Shown here: piece after piece, positions 11,151 to 23,499 of the stretch
Position numbering within the stretch: position 1 is the first letter of the stretch
How the letters are laid out: every line of letters starts with the position of its first letter
Source: Macrostomum lignano
Taxonomy: Eukaryota
NCBI GenBank assembly: GCA_002269645.1
Contig: NIVC01001557.1
Coordinates: 62,001 to 126,000 of the forward strand
DNA length: 64,000 nt
Direction of reading: 5' to 3'
Translations under genes and position numbers: made by a program
The notes under the pieces: model-generated
Database searches by the model: none
What the model was told of the DNA's origin: nothing
What the model saw: the letters and a program-made list of their open reading frames with translations, nothing else

Positions 11151-11763
11151 GAGCAGAATGGACCAACGAGGACTTCAGATCGGAGAAGGGAACAAAACAA
11201 AACTTTTAGCTACAGTAAAACAAAAGAGTCAAACAAAATAAAATAGCGCTTGAAAGAAAGATTCAAATCTGCGTATTATACGACCTAATATCTATAGATA
11301 GTACTTGTATCAGCAGTGTAAAGTGTAGACAGAATGAAAAATAGCGAAAAAAACTCCGGAAAAAAAGAAGAACGTAGAAAAAAAACTATTCGTTGATTGA
11401 ACAGCCCGGATCAGCGGCAGTCATCACAGTTTGAACAAAAGATTTCTAGATCTAAAGTAAAATCTGAAGCGACAAAGGAAATTGGGGGTGGGCAGGTTTG
11501 ATTTGCTTCAATAGAATTGAAGTTCCTTTGGACACAGCGAAGTTCAGTGGAGGGGACAAAAAGTGCCAAGCAGACAACTGTGGGACGGGAGCTGTTTCCA
11601 TTAGTGGCAAAGCAAGCAACAAGGAAAGTAACAAAAATTCTGGCTTATTCCAGGGCAGGCCAGGGCAGGGAGAGAGAGCGAAAGCTATTTCAGTAACTCG
11701 ACAGTTCAACTAACTATTCGTGAAGTCATCTTCGTTCCTCAGATCGGCTCAGAGTCGACAGAT

Positions 11764-11847
11764 TCAATAGGCCCCTCGAGGGGCCATCGGGAAGGTCTTG
11801 CGAATGCCGAGGCACTTCTCGCGGTCGATAAACAGCGAGTTGTTCTT
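11764..11847 (-). CDS. displaced tektin C-terminal coding segment
   Basis: Translates to KNNSLFIDREKCLGIRKTFPMAPRGAY*, matching the tektin-3 type C-terminus ([20 protein letters not shown] as recalled for human TEKT3). Codons are GC3-rich. Confidence 0.85.
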   Translation of the reverse strand, partial: KNNSLFIDREKCLGIRKTFPMAPRGAY

Positions 11848-11959
11848 CCAGGGCCTATTCGAGACTTGCTTCCCCATTCTGCAGCATTAAGAAGCAAGCA
11901 TCTGCAGATAGATAGATAGATAATGCGAAATGAAACCACGCACACAGTTGAAGCAAATT

Positions 11960-12742
11960 CACAATTTCTTTAATTCTAAGAAAAGAACCGAATTTTCGAC
12001 CTAAACAGGGTCTTCGTCAGGGTATATTGTAAATAAAAACTGTGAAAAAAGGGCAAATTAAAACAGAGTTAAATATTTATAGTGAGTATAGAAAGACGCG
12101 AATAAAATAAAATAATCAATATGGTTGGGCGGGCACGTTGCAACGCGTGTGTACATCTGTACATCTAGTGCTCATCTGAAAAGAGGTTTGAGTTTCGGGC
12201 CTGACCATAGTTACGGCGGGCAGATTGGATGGACATAGAATGTCCTTTAATGAGCGTGAGCGAGTATAGGCAGCCACCGTATCCAGCTCTGCAGCGTGGT
12301 TCGAAATGGCCGTGCGAATTTGATGAACAATTCGCCCAGAGTGGTCCGTGAAAGGGATCACTATTGGGATGCAGGCGTCTTTTTCAGTGATGACGGTGTT
12401 TAAGCCTGCTGGAGTCTGGGTCTGTAGTAAAGCGATGAGCTTCTGCTCCATATTCCTCCGCCTGCGTTGAGCGCCCTCTTTAGTGGTCAGGCACTCAGTA
12501 CTGAGGTACCACAGACCCATAAAGCGGAGGTCCTGAATACTGTGGTTTGGTGACCGAAAGTGCCTGGAGATTGGGGTGTCTTTAGCCAGTCTGATGTCGC
12601 TCAGGTGAGCCTGAAGTCTGACTTTAAGAGCGCCTCCAGTCTCACCTACGTAGATACAGCGGTCATTGCAAGTCTTGCACAGAATGGCATACACCACATT
12701 CCTGGAGTCACAGCGGACTTTTTGACAAATTTTGTAAATCAT
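11960..12742 (-). mobile_element. Penelope-like element remnant: GIY-YIG endonuclease ORF plus 3' region
   Basis: C-x-S-x-NVVY..C..C...YVGET...L..R...H...HF...H...R...E..LI..LQT..PAGLN. The 5' side is replaced by a (GACA)n array. Confidence 0.88.
11987..12024 (-). ncRNA. minimal hammerhead ribozyme-like motif
   Basis: acc CUGACGA A GACC cuguuua GGUC GAAA A UUC ggu: catalytic core boxes, a 4-bp stem II and only about 3 bp of stem I. It sits 3' of the PLE ORF, where hammerheads are known to occur. Confidence 0.6.
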
Positions 12743-12749
12743 TAAATCA

Positions 12750-13665
<916 letters not shown>

Positions 13666-14214
13666 TTTATTTTTCGATTCTGTATTACAATCCTATTTGT
13701 ATACCCGTCTGTCTTCTTGCAATCCGTCTAACTGATATTTCTATAAGCAGCGGAATGTGCAGCACAGTGGGTCATAAATCAGAAATACGCTGGATAAGAA
13801 CAGAGAATATCGGAAGCAGATTGGGGAACACAGTGCCGAATGGCTATCAAATAGCGATTTTAAATCTCGTTCCGATGCCGCACGGGGCCCTGCAGCTCAT
13901 TTAATTGCAGCAGCCGTCCGCTTTTCTCCATCGGAGAGAAGCCGGCATGGAGGTGCTGATGCAGGGCTTCCTGGTGCAGATGGCAGCTGTTGCCAAATAA
14001 CTGCGCCGTCTCGATCGTGTGGAGCGCAGAAGCGCAGATCTAAGCGTGGATAAAAGCCCGCAGAAGGGTTTCCCTCGCCGCAAGAGTTACCGAAATCCAG
14101 CAAAGTTTGTTTGACTAAGATTTGAACTGTAAGATGCTGATATAAATTTCCAGAAGGTTAATTTGATTATGTATCGGTGTATGTAGGTAGACACAGTGAC
14201 AGGAAGTTTGATAA

Positions 14215-14885
14215 AGTCGAAGCCAGAGAGGTAGATTCAGAACCACAGAGGTAGATTCAGAGCCGGAGAAGTAGATTCAGAATCAGAGAGGTAGATTCAG
14301 AGCCGGAGTAGTAGATTCAGAATCAGAGAGGTAGATTCAGAGCCGGAGAAGTAGATTCAGAACCAGAGAGGTAGATTCAGAACCAGAGAGGTAGATTCAG
14401 AATCAGAGAGGTAGATTCAGAGCCGGAGTAGTAGATTCACAGCCAGAGAGGTAGATTCAGAGCCAGCGAGGTAGATTCAAAACCACAGGGAAGTAGATTC
14501 AGAACCAGAGAGGTAGATTCAGAACTAGAGAGGTAGATTCAGAACCGGAAGAAGTAGATTCAGAGCCAGAGAGGTAGATTCAGAACTAGAGAGGTAGATT
14601 CAGAACTAGAGAGGTAGATTCAGAACCAGAGAGGTAGATTCAGAACTAGAGAGGTAGATTCAGAACCAGAGAGGTAGATTCAGAACTAGAGAGGTAGATT
14701 TAGAACTAGAGAGGTAGATTCAGAACCAGAGAGGTAGATTCAGAACTAGAGAGGTAGATTCAGAACTAGAGAGGTAGATTCAGAGCCAGAGAGGTAGATT
14801 TAGAACCAGAGAGGTAGATTCAGAGCCAGAGAAGTAGATTCAGAACTAGAGAGGTAGATTTATAGCCCGTGAGGTAGATTCAAAA
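14215..14885. repeat. 20-bp minisatellite
   Basis: (AGAGGTAGATTCAGAACCAG)n. Confidence 0.93.
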
Positions 14886-15568
14886 CTAGCTAAGGTAGTT
14901 CGTTCAGTAGCATAAAAGTGCATCAACTCGCGGCACCCCAGGAAGTCAGACACCACCACCAGCTGTGCCACCAACTGTTCAGGTCCTCGCGTAGATTTAC
15001 ACATTTTATATCGCAGGTGCATCTGCTGACTGATTGCTCTAATGAGGACAGACGGAGATGGACATCTGTGTAACAGCTGCATGCAGTAGGGAGAAATAGT
15101 AGTCTGGGAAAACATATCTGTGATGACGTTTTAGAAACTGCAGCGAACACGGAGGGCACATTGTGCCGATTGTCAGGATCGAGGCACCGAATGCAGCTTG
15201 GGTGCCTCTGCGATGGCCTGAAGAACCAACTTGGAAATTATGGATAGGTATGGAGGTGAAGCATTCGGGAGGGAGCTGCGATGACCACATGACGCCGCAA
15301 CTGCCCCCTCTCTGTCTCTCCAATCCGCCCATGTGAACAGGAGAAGTGGAAAACAGATGACTAAGTACAAATCCCCGGGCAAGCGAAAAGACTAACAGTT
15401 ATTCATTTCTCTCGCTGGCCGTGTGGATTCAAATATCGCCCTGTTTTGTTCGCTAACAACACGAAAATTATACGTAAACTACGAGTATATACCTGTGTAC
15501 TTATTGATGCTTCAAAGTACGTGCGGTTAGTCAACTTGCATTGCCGTGTTTTATAGCTGCTTATAGCT

Positions 15569-15841
15569 GGGGTTGTAGTCTAGTGGTCAGAGCGTCGGAA
15601 TCACGACTTGAAGGTCGGGGGTTCGATTCCCGATCCCACTGGAACTATTTAATGTCATTGAGCAAGACACTTGAATCTGTATTGCTTCAGTTCACCCAGC
15701 TGTAAAATGGGTGCCAGCATTAGCTGGGGTAATTGAGGGTGTGTGTGGCGGCCCCCCAGTCCTTGGACTGAACAGCCGTACGCAGCCTTCAGATGCGCTG
15801 CAATATAGCTGGCGGCTGAGCTGTCGGTTGCACATCTGCCC
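15569..15841 (+). mobile_element. tRNA-derived SINE, CORE-like family, copy 2
   Basis: A box TAGTCTAGTGG and B box GGTTCGATTCC (15620-15630); same CORE-like body as copy 1. Confidence 0.82.
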
Positions 15842-15879
15842 TTTAATTGCTTCATTAAACAAACAATCGTTTCTCACAG

Positions 15880-16176
15880 GTGTCGGCGGCTGAGGACCCC
15901 AAGATTGTGGACCTGGTCTTCATGGGCCTGGCCGCCGAGGGTCAGATGATATGCCAAAGTCGCAGAAAAGCGGCGGCCAAGTCGATGTCTCAGCAGCTTC
16001 CTCAGCAGCAGCAGCAGCAGCAGCAGGTGCAACAGAAGCGCGCAGCCTTCAAACAGGCTGGGCCGTCGTTCACAGTGTTGAAAGACGAGGACGTCCTCGC
16101 TTTGGAATCCAGGACCGGAAGTACCGGAACTGTTGGAACAGCCGTCAGTGGAGGAGGTGGCCAAACTTCAGTCTGA
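15880..16176 (+). CDS. probable terminal exon of an unidentified gene (polyQ)
   Basis: Acceptor tttctcacag|, GC3-rich codons, polyQ tract, stop TGA. No family recognised and upstream exons are unresolved. Confidence 0.45.
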   Translation: MSAAEDPKIVDLVFMGLAAEGQMICQSRRKAAAKSMSQQLPQQQQQQQQVQQKRAAFKQAGPSFTVLKDEDVLALESRTGSTGTVGTAVSGGGGQTSV

Positions 16177-16639
16177 ATTAATGCTGAGCCATGGCGCTCA
16201 GAATGTCACTAATTTGCATTGCTTAGTTTTTAGCTGTCTGTTCTCTAGGTTGACACTGTTAATTGGTTAGAAATTGGTACAGTAGCTACTGTGTTACTTG
16301 TACATGTACATGTAAATGATTATAAAGTGCAAAATAGAAAACTTTGAACAGCAATGGTTTTTATTTAAACTACACCCTTACGTACGATATGTGTCGATAC
16401 AAATAAAACTGAGCTTTCGTAAACTTTCTCGTAAAATGTACATGTATGCTGTACTGTACGGAGCGTAAATGAGCTACATGTACGTACGATTACAATAAGT
16501 TCAGAGATATGTTGGATTGAAACTTGTGCTGCCTAAGTTTTGGCCTTCAATTTCACAGGTTTCTGTTAGACTGCAGCGGTTGACTTCAATTTCGACAAAT
16601 ATTAAATTTCATTCTCGGGTTTTTAGTACCATGCTTTTT

Positions 16640-16830
16640 CGGCACCGCATGTACTCTTTTTGGCGCCGCAGGCGCTTGAATTATATTTTGACAGTCCAAA
16701 AGCAAAACTCGTGATTTCGATAAAGAGTTATAAGGTGGGGTGGGGAACAAAGCATAACATGTCCCCCCAACAGCTCTTACTGGGGCATTTCCACTGCCCT
16801 CTCCCCAGTGACATCGACGCCCTTGCCGTT
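16640..16830. mobile_element. partial copy of the CAGTGGCGT MITE family
   Basis: Shares GGCGCCGCAGGCGC, AGGTGGGGTGGGGAACAAAGC and a GACGCCCTTG end with 8816-9087 (reverse orientation). Confidence 0.55.
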
Positions 16831-18959
16831 AAGTTTGTGTCTGAGATAATAAAATTCTATTGGTTCGCGTGGGGAAGGTTGTGTCTATGGAGTTATTTGA
16901 AGCTAGCTTGAAGAAAATGATTAGCTTTTCTGTACTGTACTTTAGCCGGCTAGTTGGTGAAGAGATGTGTGGCAGGTATTGTTACATGTGCGTACGTTCG
17001 CTACCGAGGTTCAATTAATGCGCCCATGCACTAAAGTTTTTATATATATTTTACTCACGATGCAAAAAAGACTATTGTAAAATACGTCGTACAATCATAA
17101 ACAAAATTTTCCTCATTTTATAGAATTGGGGTATTAGTAGAGTCTTGAGGAATGCCTAATTTCCTTTGCATGACCATTCATGAGTTAAATAAAATAATAT
17201 CGGTGTAATTTAGTTTACGTTTTGCAGTAAAACAACTTCTATTTATTTTTGCCTAAAGATGTAAGTTGTTCAAAACAACTTAATGATTAAGTTTTTTCAT
17301 ACCTGCAAGAATATAATTGACATAATTTCTAGAGTATTTATTGTTGCTAGGTTACATTTAGTTAAATTTAACAATCATTAAGGTAAATGATTTTTTCAGT
17401 ACTTTTCAATGACAAAAAACGATTTTGTCTGAGTCTGTGTTCTTAAGATGTGTCAAAAAGTCTGGTAAGGTAACGAAACACGCAGTTTTCAGCCACTTTC
17501 CCAATGATATTTGATTATGTACTACTTAGATGTAATACTCAAGACAATGTTTTAAGTTCAGTTTATGAACACTGCTTTCGGTCGTTTCAGACTATTTGAC
17601 AGCAATCCTCTTGTTTCGCACGTTTAATTATTTTATAAAAAGTAACAACGTCCTTAGTTACCAGTAAATACTGGTTCAATGAATAAATTTAGTACAAGCA
17701 TATTCTACCTTCTGTGTAAATCGTCAGATTATTCATTTTCAAAATCTTAAGGTGTCTTTTAAGCATTAAAAACAGACAGGTTTTGAATTAATTTTTGACT
17801 AGATTCATTAATTTAAATATTTTTCCATGCGTTAAAATTCTAGGTTGCAAAGTTACTACAGATGATTCTGTTGTGGCTGCATTTGTGTTGCACTCATTTC
17901 AAATGGAATCAATAATGATGATTTTTGTTAATGAGGCAGCAGTATGTATATGCTATAGATTTACATATTTTATATAGTGTTATATAACAACTCAAACCAT
18001 TTTTCTTTGAGGTAGCCATTTTATTCATTTGCAAAGGTGATTAGGGTCTTGCTGTAAAAGAAATTGTTGTATGTTTTTTATTTTTCATTAAGTAACATAT
18101 GCTTTTTATTCTTATGAAGCAATATTTGAAAATTTCATTGCATGACTGTGGATCCAATATTATTTGGAATATTGCAGTCATAAGACAATTGTTAATTTAA
18201 TTTAATTTTAAAATGTTTTAGCAGTCTCAAAACATATTCTATACTTTTAGTGGCTTTGAAACATTCTAACAATGTTAGAATTCAGAGTGCACAGGTATTT
18301 TCATGCATCTTTCTAACTTAGGTGATTTCAGCTCCACTTCAGCCAGTTGCAATGTTGCATGTGTATTTGCATTATTGCTGGCTGTAACACTGAAACCCTG
18401 TCACTGTCAGCAAATGCTCATGTCATGAAGATCTGCCTCTAACTGGTTGGAACAGACATCACTCACTTTGTCTCTTTGCCTTTTTGCATGTCAGCGGCAT
18501 CCCCTCACCGCCAGAACGCTGCAGGGGGACTTGAAAGAGAAAATTTGGGTGGCGGTTCCCGCTTGAAGAGCTGCTGTGGGACTCCGGATAGACAGGCTGT
18601 GTGCATGGGATAGGCAAGCTTATTAATAATTAATTAGGAGGGGGTTGAGGCCTTCCCAGCTGGAAGCCTTCAGCGCGAGATAATTGGGTAGATTGAAAAT
18701 GGCAGGGGTTTGGTAAGGGAGTAGAGTGAAACGCTGTGGAGGGCACAGTAAAGTTAAATGCACTAGAGTGCGGTTGAGGAAAAGGAAAATATCCCCACTT
18801 ATGCTGCCTCCGACTGTAGCCTCCCACTCCACCAGGCAGCCCCAATACCGTATGCTCCGGCGGTGTCTGCAAGCATCCCATTGTCTCAGACAGCTTGGAC
18901 AGACATCCCAGCTCTCTCCCTCTTTGCTCCAACCCCCCTTTCCACTTCATCCCCGCCCC

Positions 18960-18974
18960 GTTGCTAAGGGCAAC
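18960..18974. promoter_or_regulatory. RFX X-box upstream of tektin
   Basis: GTTGCT-AAG-GGCAAC fits GTNRCY(N0-3)RGYAAC, about 217 bp before the ATG of a ciliary gene. Confidence 0.6.
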
Positions 18975-19190
18975 GGCGTCTCTCCCTGGGGACCGGGCCG
19001 GCGGCAGATTTGAAAACTCAGCGCGCGGGAAGTTGAAGCCATCAGGAAGCCGAGTTTCATCTCAGTTTTGGCTCAGTCAGTTTTTGTTTGACTTCCGTTC
19101 ATGCTTCGCCGGACAAACAGCCGCTTGATTTGTTTCTGAGCCGTCAGATTCTTTGAACTCAGCTCCGAAATCGTCTAGCTCGAACCACTC

Positions 19191-19460
19191 ATGGAGTACC
19201 TGGGCCACACGCAGACCGCCAGCTACACCACCGGACCGCGGACCGCACAGTCCGCCTGCTTTCTGCCAGCCGTCGGTGCGCAGAAGACCTTCGACACCAT
19301 GCCGGGTCCGTCTCCGCTGAGGCGATCACTGACCTCGTTGCCATGGCGACCGAGCACCTATTACCAGACGGCTAAGGTGAGCCCGACGACGGCCCTAATG
19401 CAGAGCCAGTCGGGCCCACTGAGCGCTCGGGCCAACTTGGCTGAGCTGGAGGGCATCAAG
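19191..19460 (+). CDS. TEKT3: tektin-3/5-like, exon 1
   Basis: ATG at 19191; donor AAG|GTAAGA, phase 0; splices in frame to tektin exon 2. Confidence 0.85.
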
Positions 19461-19714
19461 GTAAGAAATTCTTGCTTACTGAGTCAAATAGCTTTTCAAG
19501 GTCTATGGATTAGGGTGCATTGAGAGCTCAGCGGTAACGAGTCGACTGAAAGCGCAGGCACATGAATTCGGAATTTGAAAGTGCCAATCCTTCAGGGCAT
19601 AGAGCATGCACATTGTGCCTGACATAGGAAAATTCGGATCGTTGTACACCCTGTGCGAGCGTGTAAGTGTCTAAGTATCAAAATCCCCTGCACACTAATC
19701 CTAACTGGCGACAG

Positions 19715-20143
19715 GTACCGCCAGTGTTCTCCGCGGCGCGCAACGCTCTCTACACTCGCTACACGCCCAACGACTGGATGAGCGCCAACCTCAGCAACTA
19801 CTCGGTGTCCGACCGAGTGCGCGGCAACGCGGAGCGCATCCGATACGACACGCTGCGACTCTGCCGCGAAGGCGAGGACCGGACCAAGCGAGCCCAGGAG
19901 GAGAGCGGCAAACGTCTCGGCGAGCGTGTCACGGACATCAACTTCTGGAAGACGGAGCTGCAGCACGAGACCGACAACATGGTGTCCGAGATTTCCAGCC
20001 TGCAGGAGGCCAAGCGCATCGCGGAGAAGGCCCTCGGCGAGACCGAAAACCCGCTGCACGTGGCGCAGGAGTGCCTGTACAACCGCGAGAAGCGTCAGGG
20101 CATCGATCTTGTGCACGACCTGGTCGAGAAAGACCTGCTGAGG
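19715..20143 (+). CDS. TEKT3: tektin-3/5-like, exon 2
   Basis: ALYTRYTPNDW...LGERVTDINFWKTEL...ECLYNREKRQGIDLVHD, the tektin signature region. Donor AGG|GTGAGC. Confidence 0.95.
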
Positions 20144-20843
20144 GTGAGCTGGAAGATTTGGACAGCATTAAAGTGTATAAAAAACGTTTGAATGGAGAAA
20201 TTTAGCTAATGTAGACCTGTATATTTTTATTGCCATTGCTCTGGAAATGTAGTTCAAAAAATGCTGTGAAATGAATGCTTGAGGAATGTGGGCGAGGGCA
20301 GACTAGTAGGTACAGGGTGTGCAATCTTACGGTGACTTTTTGGGTCACTTTCTGTTCAACGACATGCGATGCCGAAATGCATTAGTGCTGTTATTGGACA
20401 AAAACTCCGATAATGGGATATATAGATCGCTGTACCTGTAAGGGGGTTTGGAGATAATGGCACCAAATCATTGATTGGCCACAAATAAAAACGGTGTAAA
20501 ATTTCATGCCTTATCGTTTTATTATAGGGCTGAACTGTTTTGGGTTAAGTAGACTTTTTTGCACGGAAATTAGCATAAAGCGAGTACTCATCCACTTCAA
20601 GGCACAAGAGTGTGCTGTGAGTATACCTGACTATGCAAAAGGCAAAGCCGCTGTACACACTGTGTCAGCTTGTGTCGTCTGGGCTCATAAAGATGAGCAT
20701 GAATAACTACCTGCCTTAAGTCTATTATCGAAGTCCTAAGTCTTAAGTCCTAAGCTTGTTGTCTGCATAAAGTACATATTGATTCCAAAAAGTTAAGTTA
20801 CCGTTCTAATTCTAAATAATTAATAAATATGTTCCATTAACAG

Positions 20844-20914
20844 GAGGTGGATGTTATCAAACAATGTCAAGACAAGATCAGGGCTGTTATTGACAAGGCC
20901 AATGTGCAGCTAAA
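20844..20914 (+). CDS. TEKT3: tektin-3/5-like, exon 3
   Basis: aacag|EVDVIKQCQDKIRAVIDKANVQL|gtgagt; phases 0 and 2 fit the neighbouring exons. Confidence 0.9.
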
Positions 20915-20994
20915 GTGAGTTTTTCAAATGATCATCGTGCTATAAATACGAGTACAGTGCATGGTATCTCGATTTGCTTGACAGTTCCTGTTCC

Positions 20995-21860
20995 ACCCCA
21001 CCCCATTGTAAAGCTTTATCCACGGCCGCCTAACACCCCGCCAACTGTCCAGTGTCCAAGTCCACTAACCCCCCACATATGTGCACAGCCCTATTTCAAG
21101 GCCGCCTAACTCCCCGCCAATGTCCAACTCCACTAACCCCCACCCCAGTGTACAGCCTTATCCACGGCCGCCTAACACCCCGCCAACTGTCCAGTGTCCA
21201 AGTCCACTAACCCCCCCCCCCACATTTGTGCACAGCCCTATTCAAGGCCGCCTAACTCCCCGCCAATGTCCAACTCCACTAACCCCCACCCCAGTGTACA
21301 GCCTTATCAACGGCCGCCTAACCCCCCCGCCACTGTCCAACACCGCTAACCTCCACCCCAGTGTACAGCCGGCCTTATCAACGGCCGCCTAACCCCCCGC
21401 CACTGTCCAACTCCACTAACCCTCCACTAACCCCCACTCCAGTGTACAGCCTTATCAACGGCCGCCTAACCCCCGCCACTGTCCAACACCGCTAACCTCC
21501 ACCCCAGTGTACAGCCTTATCAACGGCCGCATAACCCCCCCGCCACTTTCCAACACCGCTAACCTCCACCCCAGTGTACAGCCGGCCTTATCAACGGCCG
21601 CCTAACCCCCCGCCACTGTCCAACTCCACTAACCCTCCACTAACCCCCACTCCAGTGTACAGCCTTATCAACGGCCGCCTAACCCCCCGCCACTGTCCAA
21701 CACCGCTAACCTCCACCCCAGTGTACAGCCTTATCAACGGCCGCATAACCCCCCACCAATGTCCAACACCGCTAACCTCCACCCCAGTGTACAGCCTTAT
21801 CAACGGCCCCCTAACCCCCCCGCCACTGTCCAACACCGCTAACCACCTCTACCCCAGTCT
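20995..21860. repeat. about 60-bp C-rich minisatellite, tektin intron 3
   Basis: CAGTGTACAGCCTTATCAACGGCCGCCTAACCCCC...CACTGTCCAAC units. Confidence 0.9.
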
Positions 21861-21923
21861 ACATGCAGCCTTATTCAAGGCTAAATGTGTATACCTTCTC
21901 AAACTCCACTCCTTCACTCGCAG

Positions 21924-22067
21924 CCTGAACCGAGCTGCCCAGCACGAGTTGGAGAAGGACACGGCCGACAAATTCTCAGCCCAGCACCTCGATGAGAAGT
22001 GCCACGGCCTGCGCAACACGTCCGGCGGTATCGCATTCCACAACGGAATCGAGCAACTCGACAGAAC
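21924..22067 (+). CDS. TEKT3: tektin-3/5-like, exon 4
   Basis: [33 protein letters not shown]; donor AC|GTAAGT. Confidence 0.93.
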
Positions 22068-22162
22068 GTAAGTACTCTTAGGTTAATAAAAATGGCGCTG
22101 AGAGTATAGCGTATACATTACGCTCGTACTAACTCATCCGGTACCGTTTGCTACCTTGACAG

Positions 22163-22540
22163 GCTGTCTGTCCCGGAGACCTGGGCCAAGTTCAGCAACG
22201 AAAACATCCAGCGCTCGCAGGCTGAACGGGCGGCTAGCAAGAACCTCCGCGCCGAGCTGGACAAGGTGCTCAACGATTGCGCCAACGACATGTGGAAGCA
22301 GTTCAACTGCGTCAACACGGCGCTGAGCGAACGAGTCCAGGAGTGCACCGACGCCAGGAATAAGCTGCAGACTCACCTGGACAAAGTGCTGCAGGAGGTC
22401 TTCGATATGGAAAAGAACATCGAGTTCTTGAAGAAGTCTATCAAGGACAAGGAGGCGCCCTACCAGGTGGCGCAGACTCGCCTGGAGACTCGAATCCACC
22501 GGCCAAACGTTGAGCTCTGTCGCGACCCAGCGCAGCACAG
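22163..22540 (+). CDS. TEKT3: tektin-3/5-like, exon 5
   Basis: SVPETWAKFSNENIQRSQAERAAS...RPNVELCRD (tektin nonapeptide). Donor AG|GTGAGG. Confidence 0.95.
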
Positions 22541-22694
22541 GTGAGGATAGCCTGTTGGAGCCAAGCACACCAAACACTTAAGTTTATGGCAGGCAAATGA
22601 AGTTGACTTTTGAATTCAAGAAAACAAACAAATTATAGTACCCTTTGGTCTCTTTTTTCAGGGGGCTAAAATAAAATACAGCGTCTCAATCCTG

Positions 22695-22930
22695 GCTGAT
22701 CGGCCAATCAGAACTCTAGGAATGAGGTGGCTGTCGGCCAATCAGATCTCTAGGAGTGAGGTGGCCGTCGGCCAATCAGATCTCTAGGAGTGAGGTGGCT
22801 GTCGGCCAATCAGATCTCTAGGAGTGAGGTGGCTGTCGGCTAATCAGATCTCTAGGAGTGAGGTGGCTGTCGGCTAATCAGATCTCTAGGAGTGAGGTGG
22901 CTGTCGGCTAATCAGATCTCTAGGAGTGAG
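22695..22930. repeat. 34-bp CCAAT minisatellite, tektin intron 5
   Basis: GGCCAATCAGATCTCTAGGAGTGAGGTGGCTGTC about x7. Confidence 0.9.
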
Positions 22931-22980
22931 TTTACAATGAAGGAATGTCATACTCGTACTTTACCTCTATCTTCTTCCAG

Positions 22981-23158
22981 GCTGGTTTCTGAGGTTCAGG
23001 AAATTCGCGAAACCGTGGAGCAGCTGCAGGCAAAGCTTCGGGAAGCTGAGAACGCCCTGCAACACCTGCTGAAGACGAAGTCGGCCCTGGAACAACAAGA
23101 ACTTTTGAAAGGCCTTTTGCTGGTGACCAGTTTTGGCTCACCCGAGTGTTTTAATTAA
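22981..23158 (+). CDS. TEKT3: tektin-3/5-like, exon 6; tektin similarity stops at about 23092, followed by a non-tektin tail
   Basis: LVSEVQEIRETVEQLQAKLREAENALQHLLKTKSALE then QQELLKGLLLVTSFGSPECFN*. The expected ...KxNSLxIDxEKC end is absent here. Confidence 0.85.
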
Positions 23159-23169
23159 GCGAGACGAAA

Positions 23170-23490
23170 GATTGTTTGACGAAGGTAGCTGGACGAAAGT
23201 TACTTGACGAAGGTAGCTGGACGAAAGTTACTTGACGAAGATAGCTGGACGAAAGTTCCTTGACGAAGATAGCTGGACGAAAGTTACTTGACGAAGGTAT
23301 CTGGACGAAAGTTCCTTGACGAAGATAGCTGGACGAAAGTTACTTGACGAAGATAGCTGGACGAAAGTTCCTTGACGAAGATAGCTGGACGAAAGTTACT
23401 TGACGAAGGTATCTGGACGAAAGTTCCTTGACGAAGATAGCTGGACGAAAGTTACTTGACGAAGATAGCTGGACGAATGTTGTTAACTGG
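23170..23490. repeat. 28-bp (2x14) minisatellite
   Basis: GACGAAGGTAGCTG GACGAAAGTTACTT. Confidence 0.9.
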
Positions 23491-23499
23491 ATGAAGGTT

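Noticed and set aside
14846-15382. BTB-, PH- or ArfGAP-like motifs in different frames
   Set aside because: Mutually exclusive strands and frames, each resting on a few residues; kept only as unresolved coding-like sequence.
15569-15640. tRNA gene
   Set aside because: The tRNA-like fold continues into a shared ~200-nt SINE body, and the anticodon arm is poorly paired and differs between copies.
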